Shown one piece after another: positions 1 through 10,158 of a stretch of 64,000 bases of DNA. The notes beneath the pieces were generated by a model. It was not told where the DNA came from. It was given only the letters and a program-made list of their open reading frames with translations, and made no database searches. Within the stretch, counting starts at the first letter, position 1, and each line of letters begins with the position of its first letter. The position numbers and the translations under genes were made by a program. The stretch covers positions 310,166 to 374,165 of the forward strand of contig CAVTFV010000006.1 of assembly GCA_963734115.1 (NCBI GenBank), given 5' to 3'. The stretch comes from an uncultured Acidobacteriota bacterium (lineage in GTDB: Bacteria; Actinomycetota; Acidimicrobiia; Spongiisociales; ZC4RG35).

Positions 1-801
1 TCGGCACCTGAGGCCGAGTCGCTCATCGCATAGGGAACGACCAGGTCGATGCCACCGAGCACGTTCCCCAGCATCTCCTGGAACCCGAGGAACCCGGTGA
101 GGACGTACCCCTCCACAGGGAGGCCGGTGAGGTCCCGGAACGTCTGCATCATCCCTTCGGCGCCGTAATCGGCGAGAGATGCGTTGATCTTGTTGCGACC
201 GCCGCCGGCGATGGGGACCCAGGAGTCCCTGGGCACACCGACGATCCCTCCCTGGCCGGCGCCGTCCAGCCCGACGAAGTGGATGCTGTCCGCCCTGGCT
301 GTCGCCATGTCTTCCCATGGCCTCGCATCGGAGCCGACCACGGCTACCAGGCGAGGGCCCGGCCCGTAGTAGGCGGGGAGCGAGAGATTGGGCCAGTTGC
401 CGCCAACGATCCGCCATCCCGAGCCGTCGTCGACCACGAGGAACAGGTCGCCGTCCATCTCCACGGTTGCCACACCATGGCCCTTGAAGGTGCCCACAGA
501 TGCGACGCCGGCTTGCGGAGTCTCAGCCGCTTTCGGTTTGATGCCGGCCAAGACTGGCTCGGGCATTGGCGGCGCCTTGGTCTCGGCCCCGGTGGCGTAG
601 AGGTAGAAGCTGTTGACCAACGCCGTGAGCTCAGGAGGCGCGTTCTCGATGGTGAACGGCGGTGCAGTTGTGGTGGTCGGATCGGCCTCACTGGTCGTCG
701 TCGCCCGCGATGACGATGTAGTCGATTCGACTGCTTCCTCGGGTGCAGCAGGCGGTGGCGATGGCGGCCAGGACGAGCAGAACAGCGAGGCGTCGTTTCA
801 T
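1..801 (-). pseudogene. LytR-CpsA-Psr (LCP) family protein; 3' end lies outside the window; signal peptide is out of frame with the body
   Basis: Minus-strand translation of about 3-689 reads ...RADSIHFVGLDGAGQGGIVGVPRDSWVPIAGGGRNKINASLADYGAEGMMQTFRDLTGLPVEGYVLTGF..., an LCP-type core. The ATG at 801-799 opens MKRRLAVLLVLAAIATACC (lipoprotein-like) but reaches TGA at 690-688. The body frame has no ATG/GTG/TTG upstream of 689, so an indel between about 745 and 690 is implied. It is absent from the ORF track because it runs off the window. Confidence 0.75.
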
Positions 802-923
802 GGTGGACCTCGAAATGGACTTCAGATCGCCCTCCCGCGACCTGGCGGGCACCCTAACGGTGTAGCACGGTCAACCGGAACCGGCCAGGTACCACGGCCA
901 CTGATTCCCGGTAGTCTCTGCCC

Positions 924-2904
924 GTGGTGCAAACACTGGAGGCGGGTAGAGGCCGCGGCAGGCGCGAGTCCTGGGAAGAGGCGTGGAAAACGCTGACCGA
1001 GGCCGATGGCGAAGAGGCGTTGTCACCGGCGGATCTGGAGCTTCTCGCCGATGCCGCATGGTGGACCGCCCACCCCGACGAATCGGTCGAAGCCCTAGAG
1101 CGGGCCTTCAATGGGTACGACGGTGCCGACATGCCGATTGATGCGGCGAGGGTCGCCGTCCTCCTCGCCTATCTGGCGATGCAGAGGCTGGCGGGTTCGG
1201 TGGCCAACGGTTGGCGGGCAAGAGCGGTGAGATTGTTGGAAGGCCAACCCGAATCGACCGTTCATGCGTCGTTGAAGGTCATGGATGTCTTCGAGGCCAT
1301 CGGGATACGAAGAGACCTTGACAAGGGCATCGCGGTGGCCGAGGAGGTCCTGGAGCTCGCCCGCCGCACCGGAAACCGCGATGCCGAGTCCCGGGCGCAA
1401 GTGTTAAAGGGATACGCCTTACTGGCCAAGGGTGATTGGACAGAAGGGCTTGCCCTGATCGACGAGGCGACCTCGGTGGCCCTGTCCGGAGATGCCGGAT
1501 TGCGGTCGGCCAGTGACGTCTACTGCGTGACCATCTCGGCCTGTCGGGACGTCGGCGACTTTGGACGTGCCGGAGAGTGGACCGAAGAGGCGGACCGATG
1601 GATGAACCGGCACTCGGTGGGCGGCTACTCCGGGGTGTGCCGGGTCCATCGCGCCGAGTTGAAGCGTCTTCGTGGGAATTGGACCGAGGCGGAGCAGGAA
1701 GCGCTGAGTGCCTGTCAGGAGCTGGAGCGCTACCACATGCTCGACGGCGTGGGCCACGGGCAGTACGAGGTGGGCGAGATCCGTCTACACATGGGCGATC
1801 TCGCCGGTGCGGAGGCCGCGTTCAACGTGGCCTTCGAACACGGTGTCGTTCCCCAACCCGGGCTCGCCCTGTTGATGCTGGCCAGGGGCCAGACCGACGA
1901 AGCGGCCCGAGCACTGGAGTTGGCTCTGGCCAATGAGGATTCGGGCCCCGCCCTCGACTTGTTGATGAGAGCCCGGCTGCTGCCCGCTCAAGTGGAGGTG
2001 GCGCTGGCTAGAGGCGACCTCGACACGGCTCGAATCGCAACAAAGGAGTTGGAGGGACTCGCCGAGGAGTACCAGCGACCGGCATTCGAAGCGGTGGCTC
2101 TCACTGCGCGGGGAGCGGTCCTGCTGGGGGAGGGCGATCACGCGGCCGCGATTCGCGAGAATTGGCCCGAGCGTTGCGCGTCTGGCGGGAGATCGGGTTC
2201 CCCTATGAGGGGGCACGAGCGCGGCTCTTGCTGGGCCAAGCGCATGTCGCCGCCGGCGACGACGCTCAGGCTCGACAGGAGTTCGGCGCGGCCAGGTCGG
2301 CGTTCGAGAAGCTCGGTGCCGCCCTGGACCTGAGGCGCGTGGACGAGATCCTCTACAGCGCTCGACGGCCCAGCGCCCGATCGGTCGCGTGTCACCAAGA
2401 CCTTCATGTTCACTGACATCGTCACCTCGACCGATCTGGTCAGGTTGATCGGGGATGAGAAGTGGGAGACCCTCCTCGCCTCACACGACCGCCTGGTCCG
2501 ATCGGTCCTCTCCGAGCATCGGGGTACCGAGATCAGCCACACCGGCGACGGGTTCTTCGTCAGTTTCGACCGTGGTATCGATGCCGTCGAGGCGGCGGTG
2601 GCCATCCAGCGTCGACTCGCCGAGCATTCACGTGACCAGGGTTACGCCCCCTCGGTACGGATCGGGATTCACACCGACGAGGCCACCATCGATGGAAGTG
2701 ACTACAGGGGTCTGGGCGTGCATCGCGCCGCCCGGGTGAGCGCGGCCGCCGCGGCAGACGAGATCGTCGTGTCGGCCGCTGCCCTGGAGGTGGCAGACGC
2801 AGTCAGGTTCCCCGTTTCCGACGGGCGGGATGTCGACCTGAAGGGGATCGAGGGTGCCGGTACGAATCCACACCATCGACTGGAAGGCAACAGCGTCCGC
2901 CTAG
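924..2904 (+). pseudogene. TPR-like helical repeat protein with a C-terminal class III nucleotidyl cyclase domain; three frame breaks
   Basis: ORFs 924-2333, 2162-2416 and 2406-3239 join into one protein. The helical repeats continue across about 2158 (..AAAIRE/LARALRVWREIGFPYEGARARLL..). The cyclase start ..VTKTFMFTDIVTSTDL.. is reached after a break at about 2350-2385. The cyclase end ..DLKGIEG/VPVRIHTIDWKATASA-stop appears in a third frame after about 2850, with TAG at 2902-2904. Confidence 0.8.
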
Positions 2905-4410
2905 CCGCGGGCGAAACTGCGAACAGTCTCGATGGTGTCGGTGTCTCTGGGCCCTTTGTCTTCTCGATATCGCTTGACCCGGGCGAAGCGGAGGGCGACA
3001 CCACCCGGATAGCGGGTACTTCGCTGCACCCCGTCAAAGGCGATCTCATAGACGATCTCCGGCTTCAGAAATACGGTGTTGTGGCTGCGGTGATCCTCGA
3101 TCTGGAGAAACCGCTCTGTCTGCCAGGCCAGCATCTCATCGGTCAGCCCTTTGAAGGTCTTGCCCAGCATGACATGCCCGCCCTGCCCGTCGGCGGCGCC
3201 CAGATGGAGGTTGGAGAGCCAGCCCTCCCTGCGCCCTGATCCCCACTCTGCGGCCAGAATGAGGAGGTCGAGGGTGTGTGTCGGTTTCACCTTCAGCCAG
3301 CCCGCCCCTCGGCGACCGGCCTCGTAAGGCTGGTCCGGGTCCTTGACCACAACACCCTCGAAGCCGACGGCCACCGCATCGTCGAAGAAGCGATCGGCCA
3401 CCGCCGCGTCATCTGTGAGGACCGAGCCCACGAGAGCTTCGGCGGGGACAGCGCCGGTCAAGGCCGCCCGACGTTCGGTAAGCGGGAGGTCGATGAGATC
3501 TGCCCCATCGAGGTGGAGACAGTCGAAATAGAAGGCGCGCAATGGCGGCGCCTGGTCGGACGCCTCGGCCCCAAACCTGCTCATCGAGTCCTGGAACTGC
3601 TCCGGCCCTGAAGGGCCAAAGAGCAATGCCTCGCCGTCGAGGATGAACGACGTGGCCGGATACTCGAGCACCGCAGCAACCACCTCGGGGACGCTGCCGG
3701 TGATGTCTCTGAGATTCCGGGTGAACACCGCGACATCCTGCCCAGCCGCGGTGCACCTGGATGCGTGCCCCGTCAAGTTTCCACTCCACGAAGGCATGGC
3801 CCAGCGCCGCCACTGCCTCCCCGGCGGTCGCGGCGGTCTTGGCCAGCATCGGTTGGACAGGGGTGAACACTCCGAGCGTCGAAGCACCGAGGGCGTCGGG
3901 GCCCTCCGCCAAGGCGCGGGAGGCAACGGCGACCAGATCGCCCTCCAACATCGCGGCCCTACGTACCCGATCCGGCGTGACTTCGAGGGCAACGGCGACG
4001 GCGTCCGCCATCACTCCTTCGAGGGCTCCCTGCCGAAGATTGCGAACGATGAGATCGCGCAGGAACCGCTGCTCGCCCTCGGTGGCGCGGCCGAACATCC
4101 CCCCGAGGAGCGACTCCCGCATCTTCTGGGAGCCGGGGCCGGATACACGGGTCAGTTCGTCGAGGGTCTCGTCGACCTCGAGTATCTCGAGTGACGGGTT
4201 GGCTGCTGGAGTTACGTCGATGGCGTAGACAGTCGCCCACCCCACTCCCAGCCTGTCCTGTGGTGGCCTGCCGCTCAGGTAGGAGATCGCCGGAGCCGCT
4301 TCATCCGGGTCGAGCCGGCGAAGCATCTCGGCGAGCAACTCGATCTTCTTGGAGCGGGACCTCGTCGCGGATACCGCGGAGGAGACACCGACGAGTTCGG
4401 CCAGGAGCAC
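2901..4410 (-). pseudogene. ligB: ATP-dependent DNA ligase, LigB type (N-terminal DNA-binding domain, adenylation domain, OB fold); one frame break near 3747-3750
   Basis: ORF 3409-4410 gives the N-terminal domain and motif I ..AFVEWKLDGARIQVHR. ORF 2901-3992 continues ..AGQDVAVFTRNLRDIT..FEGVVVKD..GWLKVKP..LRFARVKRYREDK. From memory it is collinear with mycobacterial LigB. Its stop overlaps the convergent cyclase stop. Confidence 0.85.
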
Positions 4411-4413
4411 GGT

Positions 4414-5320
4414 TCAGGACCGGAATCGGTCGAATGGCTCCAACTCGATCGCCGAGTCATCTAGGGCGCTGCGCACCCTTTCGACGGTTGGGCCCAAGTC
4501 GATCGGAGCGAGTTTCGACCAGGGCCGTTTTCGCGATCGGTCCCGGACATTTCTCAGCCCGATCCCATCCGGCTCGATCTCACCCAACTCCTGCCATGAG
4601 ATCGGGGTCGCGACCGGCGCCCCGGCCTTTGGTCGGAGTGACCAGGGAACGACCGAAGTGGATCGTGATGTGTTCCTCATCCAGTCGACGAAGACCCGAT
4701 CGCCGCGATCGGCTTTGCGAAATGCCAGCGTCAAGAGGCCGTCGTTGGCGGCGGCGCCGAGAGCAGCAGTGCCTCTGGCGACGAGTGCGACGTCCTCGAC
4801 ATGGGTGGTTGGCGCGCAGTAAGGCACGAAGGTGGTACCCCTTCGAACCAGAGGTCATGAGGACAGTCTCGATGCCAAATGTCTCTAGGACCGCACGCAT
4901 CTCACGGGCAGCCTCACGGACCAGCTCGACGCTGTCCGCAGGCGGGTCCAAGTCCCAGATCACCCAGTCCGGGTGCTCCTCGTCCTCGGCTCGAACCGGC
5001 GGCACGTGGAATGTGATCACGCCGAGATTGGCGAAGAAGGCAATGCCCTCCACGGAGTCGACCATCGGATAGACGGTCGTCCCACCACCCTCCTTCGGCA
5101 CCTCGTGACGCCCGATGAGCTCTTCGGGGGCGTGGTCGGGGACGTTCTTCTGCATGAACCCCTGACCTTCGATCCCTCGCGGGAATCGCTCGACGGAGAG
5201 AAGTCTGCCCTCGATGAAGGGGAGCATTCGATCGGCGACGCGGACGTAATAGTCGACGACGTCGCCCTTGGTGATCCCATCTTCGGGGAACACCACACGG
5301 TCCGGGTTGCTGACCTCCAT
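4414..5320 (-). pseudogene. Stand-alone LigD-type NHEJ polymerase/primase domain protein; one frame break near 4828-4832
   Basis: ORF 4580-5320 reads MEVSNPDRVVFPEDGITKGDVVDYY..FMQKNVP..TSGSKGYHL. ORF 4414-4827 continues VPYCAPTTHVEDVALVAR..RGDRVFVDWMRN. These are archaeo-eukaryotic primase-like LigD-Pol motifs. The gene lies 3 nt upstream of the ligase gene. Confidence 0.8.
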
Positions 5321-5345
5321 GGCCCAAACCTAGGCCGGGTCGCAG

Positions 5346-6383
5346 TCAATTCGAGCGAGAGAGGCGCTTGCGGCCTTCGGTCTCCTCGTCGACCACCCTG
5401 CCGGTGGGGACGAAGCCATGAGCCAGGTAGAAAGACCGGGGCGAGCCCTTGCCTTCGCCCCAACTGGTGAGAAGGCTCTCGTCCCCCGTCTCCACGCACT
5501 CGGTCTCGACAAGTTCAAGGATCCTGGCCCCAATGCCACGTCGCTGGTGGAGACGGTCGATCAGCAGACGCCACAGAAACGGCTCCGGATGATGCTCGGT
5601 GCTCAGGGCCAGCATCACGAACCCCACGATCACGTCGTCGGCCACCACCGCCCGCATCCACGGCACGACCGGCGCCCCGTCGACCACCTCGGGGAACAGG
5701 GCATCGGCAAACGACCGCAACACGGGGGCAACGAACGCCTCCTGCGTCTTGTGGGTGGTGAGACCCGAAACGGTCGCCTCGTTCTCGGTGGTCACCTCGA
5801 CGAGACGCACATCGTCCGGCGGGTGCCGGGGACGGTCACGCCACACCTCCCAATCCGTCCTCGTCATCCCGTAGATCCAGTCGTCTGACAAATCGTCGCC
5901 CACCCAGAACGACGATTTCGTCTCACCTTCGAAGAGGAAACCAGTCCGCTCCAGGACCATGGCCGAGGCCGGGTTGTCAGGGTGGAGCATCCCGGAGACT
6001 CTCGTCACGTCTAGCTCCTCGAACAGATACCGGACCAGCGCCTCCAGGGCCTCCGCCGCATACCCCTTCCCCCAATGCTCCTTGGCGAAGGTGTAGCCCA
6101 CCTCGGCGGAACGCCCCTTCCATGAGAGCTTTGCGCCGACGTCACCGAACACCTCGCCGGTATCCGGGTCGCAGACGATGGCCATCCACCATTTGTCGTT
6201 CTCAGGTCCGTCCATTGCAACCATCGCGGACACAACCTTCTCGGCTCTTTCCATGGGGTATGGAAGCTCCCAGTCCTGATAGCGAGCCACGTCGGGATCG
6301 GCGCGCCGGGCGTGATACGCCTCCAGGTCGTCGGGCTGGAAAGGGCGGATGAGCAAGCGCCGGGTGCGGATCGGGGTGAACAC
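5346..6383 (-). CDS. Two-domain GNAT N-acetyltransferase (RimJ/RimL-like N-half plus a second GNAT domain)
   Basis: Intact 345-aa ORF with a GTG start. The N-half reads RTRRLLIRPFQPDDLEAYH..HWGKGYAAEAL. The C-half reads ..LLIDRLHQRRGIGARILE..FYLAHGF, the acetyl-CoA Q/RxxGxG/A motif. Confidence 0.8.
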   Translation of the reverse strand: MFTPIRTRRLLIRPFQPDDLEAYHARRADPDVARYQDWELPYPMERAEKVVSAMVAMDGPENDKWWMAIVCDPDTGEVFGDVGAKLSWKGRSAEVGYTFAKEHWGKGYAAEALEALVRYLFEELDVTRVSGMLHPDNPASAMVLERTGFLFEGETKSSFWVGDDLSDDWIYGMTRTDWEVWRDRPRHPPDDVRLVEVTTENEATVSGLTTHKTQEAFVAPVLRSFADALFPEVVDGAPVVPWMRAVVADDVIVGFVMLALSTEHHPEPFLWRLLIDRLHQRRGIGARILELVETECVETGDESLLTSWGEGKGSPRSFYLAHGFVPTGRVVDEETEGRKRLSRSN

Positions 6384-6427
6384 CGCACCGATTCAACCAG
6401 CGACGCCACCGGATACGCTTCGAGGCT

Positions 6428-6652
6428 ATGGCTGACGACAAGACCGGGCGTGTGCAGGGGCCGGCGTCCTACTTCCCCTCGATCGAGAAGAAGTACGGCA
6501 GACCCATCGAGGAGTGGCAGGCACTGATCCGGGCCAGTGACCTGACCAAGCACATGGAGCTGGTCAACTGGCTCAAGACCGAATACGGAATGGGACATGG
6601 TCACGCCAATGCCCTCGTCGCCTACACACTCGCCGAAGACGCCGGCGCCTGA
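6428..6652 (+). CDS. DUF4287-like small protein
   Basis: Intact 74-aa ORF: ..YFPSIEKKYGRPIEEWQALI..HMELVNWLKTEYGMGHGHANALV. This matches my recollection of the DUF4287 pattern. Confidence 0.6.
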   Translation: MADDKTGRVQGPASYFPSIEKKYGRPIEEWQALIRASDLTKHMELVNWLKTEYGMGHGHANALVAYTLAEDAGA

Positions 6653-6699
6653 CGCTGTCGCCGGCGCCCGGTAGCTTCCGGCCTGCACAGGAGGACACC

Positions 6700-7053
6700 A
6701 TGCGCATACAGACCGGTCAGCTGGTCGCCCTGGGTTACGGAGCGTACGTGCGCTCAGACGACGTGACCGCCGTCGAGCCGATCACCGAGGGCCGCGGCCC
6801 CGGGAAACGATCCCTGGTGTGGGTCCGTGGCGTGACCGACCCCCTGGTCGCTTCTCGGGCCGAGGGCTCGATCGTCGATGATCTGGTCACACCGGCCGAC
6901 GAGGCAGCACGAATGAAGGCGCAGCGGGCGGTGTTGAACAAGATGGCTACGGTCCTCGACAAGGTTTCTCCCGGGATCAGGCGGCTCCTGGCCGAGGAAT
7001 CGGGCACAGACATCGACGATCTGCTGGCTGAGGCGAACCGGGTCCTCGGCTGA
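6700..7053 (+). CDS. Hypothetical protein
   Basis: Intact 117-aa ORF preceded by aggagga (about 6690). Third codon positions are GC-rich. The N-terminus LVALGYGAYVRSDDVTAVEPI weakly recalls RemA/DUF370, but I cannot support that assignment. Confidence 0.5.
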   Translation: MRIQTGQLVALGYGAYVRSDDVTAVEPITEGRGPGKRSLVWVRGVTDPLVASRAEGSIVDDLVTPADEAARMKAQRAVLNKMATVLDKVSPGIRRLLAEESGTDIDDLLAEANRVLG

Positions 7054-7054
7054 G

Positions 7055-7495
7055 TCAGGGGCGAGCGATCAGCCGCACCAGCGGGATGATTCGCTCCGTC
7101 TTCTCCTGGTAGTCGCCGAACTGCGGTGCACTGCTCACCACGACCGTGTCCCAGAGGAGGTCCCGCTCCACTCGGTCGATGGGCATGGCATCGGCCTCAT
7201 AGAGCTCGGCGTCCCGCCGCACCCAGACTCTGGGATCCTCGACGAGGTTGAGGTACCAATCGGGATGTCGGGGCGCGCCACCATATGAAGCGGCCACGAC
7301 CAGATCGCCATCGACCTCGAAGTACCGCAATGGAGTGCGACGTATCTGGCCGGACGCACGACCCGTGGTGTAGAGGAGGATCAGATGGCCGGCCGCCGGA
7401 TGGTCCACCGCCGCCCCGTCGCTCTCGAGGTACTGATGGACATGCTTTGCGGCGTGGGGCCGCGACGGGTCGACTGCTCGATCCTCGATGGTCAT
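7055..7495 (-). CDS. Deazaflavin (F420)-dependent nitroreductase family protein (DUF385 type)
   Basis: Intact 146-aa ORF: ..LILLYTTGRASGQIRRTPLRYFEVDGDLVVAASYGGAPRHPDWYLNL.. Confidence 0.75.
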   Translation of the reverse strand: MTIEDRAVDPSRPHAAKHVHQYLESDGAAVDHPAAGHLILLYTTGRASGQIRRTPLRYFEVDGDLVVAASYGGAPRHPDWYLNLVEDPRVWVRRDAELYEADAMPIDRVERDLLWDTVVVSSAPQFGDYQEKTERIIPLVRLIARP

Positions 7496-7536
7496 CGGCC
7501 GAAGTTATCACCGCTTCCCGACGTAGGGTTGACCGG

Positions 7537-8535
7537 GTGCGACGTCTCGCCGCATTCCTCCTCGTCGCATCCACGGCATGCACCACGGCCGCCGTCGAAG
7601 ACGCCACGACCACGTCGGCACCGGGCCCGGTCCCGACCACGGCGCCGCCTGACGGTTGGGTCGAACTGGCCCCGATGACCCTGGCCCGCAGCGAGCATCC
7701 CGCAGCCGTCCTCGGGGACGAGATCGTGGTCGCCGGAGGCTTCATCGGAGTCGGTGTGGGCCGGAGCGGCGTGACGCCGACCGTCGAGGCCTATTCGCCC
7801 GAGACAGATGCCTGGCGTGACCTCCCGCCTCTGCCGGAGGCCCGGCATCATGGGATGTTGGCGGTGGTCGGTGAGCGCATCTTCTTCATAGGTGGCTACA
7901 GCCCCGGTGACAATCCGTCGGCGGCGGTCTGGGAACTGGTCGACGAGGCCTGGCGGGACGGCCAGCCTCTCCCCTCCCCGGTGGCTGCCGGCGCCGCTGT
8001 GACGTTGGGCGAGAGCATCTTCCTGGTCGGGGGTGTCCCCGGTGGAGCCGCCTATCGCTACGACCTGTACGACGACACCTGGACCAATCTGCCCACGCCC
8101 GCCACACAGCGTGAGCATGTCGCCGGCGTCGCTCTAGACGGGGAGATCTGGGCCCTTGCCGGGCGCTGGGAGGGCGAGATCTTCGACACCACCGAGGTCT
8201 ACGACCCTGACGCCCAGACGTGGCGGGACGGGCCGTCGCTTGGTGAGCCCCGTTCCGGGTTTGGTGCAGCCGTGGTCGATGGGGCCATCGTGGTGGCCGG
8301 CGGCGAGGTGTTCTCGCCTGACCAAGCTCTGACCTCGGTGGAGATACTCGAGCCGGCCAGCGACCAATGGGCCCCTATCGAGCCACTCCCCCACGGGCTG
8401 CATGGCAATCCACTCGTGGCAATAGACACCGCTGTGTACCTCCCGGGAGGGTCGCTCCGTGCGGCGGCCGTCGACAACGACGGCCTGACATATCGGCTGT
8501 TAGCCGAGGTGACATTCGAGCGCAGGCGGCGGTAG
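7537..8535 (+). CDS. Kelch-repeat beta-propeller lipoprotein
   Basis: An in-frame GTG at 7537 gives VRRLAAFLLVASTAC (lipobox), followed by repeated ..GGF/GGY..W..LP.. Kelch-like blades. The longer track ORF from 7285 overlaps the convergent gene 7055-7495 and is Arg/Pro-rich. Confidence 0.75.
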   Translation: MRRLAAFLLVASTACTTAAVEDATTTSAPGPVPTTAPPDGWVELAPMTLARSEHPAAVLGDEIVVAGGFIGVGVGRSGVTPTVEAYSPETDAWRDLPPLPEARHHGMLAVVGERIFFIGGYSPGDNPSAAVWELVDEAWRDGQPLPSPVAAGAAVTLGESIFLVGGVPGGAAYRYDLYDDTWTNLPTPATQREHVAGVALDGEIWALAGRWEGEIFDTTEVYDPDAQTWRDGPSLGEPRSGFGAAVVDGAIVVAGGEVFSPDQALTSVEILEPASDQWAPIEPLPHGLHGNPLVAIDTAVYLPGGSLRAAAVDNDGLTYRLLAEVTFERRRR

Positions 8536-8546
8536 GTTCTCTCCCT

Positions 8547-8945
8547 ATGCCGCATCAGCAACAGCCTGTGGAGATGATCCTTCTCAGGCAGCTCGCCAGC
8601 TATCTGGCCATCCCGATGTGGATGATGGATGAATCAGGGAACCTCATCTATTACAACGAGTCCGCCGAGGGCTTGCTCGGGGTGCGATTCGACGATGTGG
8701 GACCGATCAACTCCGAATCACTGGTGGGGGCGTGGCATGTGACTCAACTCGACGGGGAGCCATTGCCCGATTACGAATTCCCGGTCCTGGTGGCCCTGAG
8801 CAAGAGAACACCGGCGCATCGGGCGATTCGATTTCAGGGGATGGACGGCGTGTGGCGGGTGGTCGAAGTGACAGCACTTCCCATCGAGGGCCAGGGTGGG
8901 AGATTCCTCGGCGTACTGGCCACCTTCTGGGAGGTCGAGGACTGA
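8547..8945 (+). CDS. Single-domain PAS sensor protein
   Basis: ATG at 8547 gives MPHQQQPVEMILLRQLASYLAIPMWMMDESGNLIYYNESAEGLLG..VEVTALPIEGQGGRFLGVLATFWE, a PAS fold pattern. The track ORF from 8367 overlaps the Kelch gene. Confidence 0.7.
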   Translation: MPHQQQPVEMILLRQLASYLAIPMWMMDESGNLIYYNESAEGLLGVRFDDVGPINSESLVGAWHVTQLDGEPLPDYEFPVLVALSKRTPAHRAIRFQGMDGVWRVVEVTALPIEGQGGRFLGVLATFWEVED

Positions 8946-9769
8946 GAGCCCGGCTATGGGGAACGAGGGGGTCGATCGCCAGCGCCGGGTTGGACACGGC
9001 CAGATACGGTGGCGATACATCGGCCGTCGAGGTGTTGGGGAAGGATGGGAGGCTCCTCGTCCTCGACGCTGGGAGCGGGATGCGGGCGCTCGGGTCGAGC
9101 GTCGAATCCGTGGAACAGGTCGACGTCCTCATCACGCATCTCCATATGGACCACATCCAGGGACTGCCGTTCTTCGCCCCGTTGCACGATCCCGACATCC
9201 GAGTCGATGTGTGGGGACCGATCTCGACAACGCAGACCCTGAAGGAGCGGCTCAACCGGTATCTGTCCCCGCCGCTCTTCCCCCTGCGGGTGCGCGACCT
9301 GTCGAACGTGGACTTTCACGACGTCCCACCGGGCACGTTTGACATCGATGGGATCCAGGTCACCGCCGACCTGGTCTCTCACCCCGGCCCCACCCTCGGA
9401 TACCGCCTCGAGGAGGCCGGGAGGGTCCTGACCTATCTCCCCGACCATGAACCCGCACTGGGCATGCACAACTTCCCCAAAAACCCGGAGTGGACCTCCG
9501 GTTACGACCTGGCCGCAGGGGCAGATCTGCTGATCCATGATTCCCAATACACGGACGAGGAGTATTCACAGCGCATCGGGTGGGGCCACAGCTCGTACAG
9601 CCATGTGCTGGCTTTCGCCGCCATGACCGGCGTCGGAACCCTGATGACGTTCCACCACGATCCCGATCACAGTGATCAGAAGCTCGACGAGGCGCACGAA
9701 CGGCTGTGGGCAACGAGTCCGGATTTCGAGATCGTCCCCGGCACACACGGAGCGGTCTTCGAAGTGTGA
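8942..9769 (+). CDS. MBL-fold metallo-hydrolase; start codon uncertain
   Basis: ..LWGTRGSIASAGLDTARYGGDTSAVEV..VLITHLHMDHIQGLPFF..TFHHDPDHSD carries the HxHxDH motif. No ATG/GTG/TTG lies between the PAS stop (8943-8945) and the conserved WGTRGS. Either CTG 8942 is the start or there is a small indel. Confidence 0.7.
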   Translation: MRARLWGTRGSIASAGLDTARYGGDTSAVEVLGKDGRLLVLDAGSGMRALGSSVESVEQVDVLITHLHMDHIQGLPFFAPLHDPDIRVDVWGPISTTQTLKERLNRYLSPPLFPLRVRDLSNVDFHDVPPGTFDIDGIQVTADLVSHPGPTLGYRLEEAGRVLTYLPDHEPALGMHNFPKNPEWTSGYDLAAGADLLIHDSQYTDEEYSQRIGWGHSSYSHVLAFAAMTGVGTLMTFHHDPDHSDQKLDEAHERLWATSPDFEIVPGTHGAVFEV

Positions 9770-9795
9770 GCAGGTCGAGCACCTAGTCTCGCAAG

Positions 9796-10155
9796 ATGTC
9801 GTTGACCGCAGAGCAGCTACAGGAGATTGGGGAGGCGCGGGAGGTAGTCATCGAGACCAGGCGGGGCGACCGGGTCATCGGCACGGTGATCTGGGTGGTC
9901 GTCGAGGGCGATGACGTCTACGTGCGCTCGGTTCGGGGCGAATCGGGACGCTGGTACCAGAGGGCCGTGGCGGATCCCGAAGTCGCTCTTCGAGTCGGAG
10001 ACGCCCGGTTCGAGTTCACCGCCGTGTCGGCGAACGACCCCGATTCGATCGAATCGGCATCGGAAGCATTGCGTGCGAAGTACCGGGGACGCTCCCTCGA
10101 GAACATGCTCCTACCGGAGACCCTGGGCACCACCCTCCGTCTCGAGCCCAGATAG
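9796..10155 (+). CDS. DUF2255-like small protein
   Basis: Intact 119-aa ORF: ..VVIETRRGDRVIGTVIWVVVEGDDVYVRSVRGESGRWYQRA.. The family assignment is from memory only. Confidence 0.55.
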   Translation: MSLTAEQLQEIGEAREVVIETRRGDRVIGTVIWVVVEGDDVYVRSVRGESGRWYQRAVADPEVALRVGDARFEFTAVSANDPDSIESASEALRAKYRGRSLENMLLPETLGTTLRLEPR

Positions 10156-10158
10156 CTA

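Noticed and set aside
7285-7536. An N-terminal extension of the Kelch ORF.
   Set aside because: It overlaps the convergently oriented nitroreductase gene and is Arg/Pro-rich. An in-frame GTG at 7537 gives a textbook lipoprotein signal.
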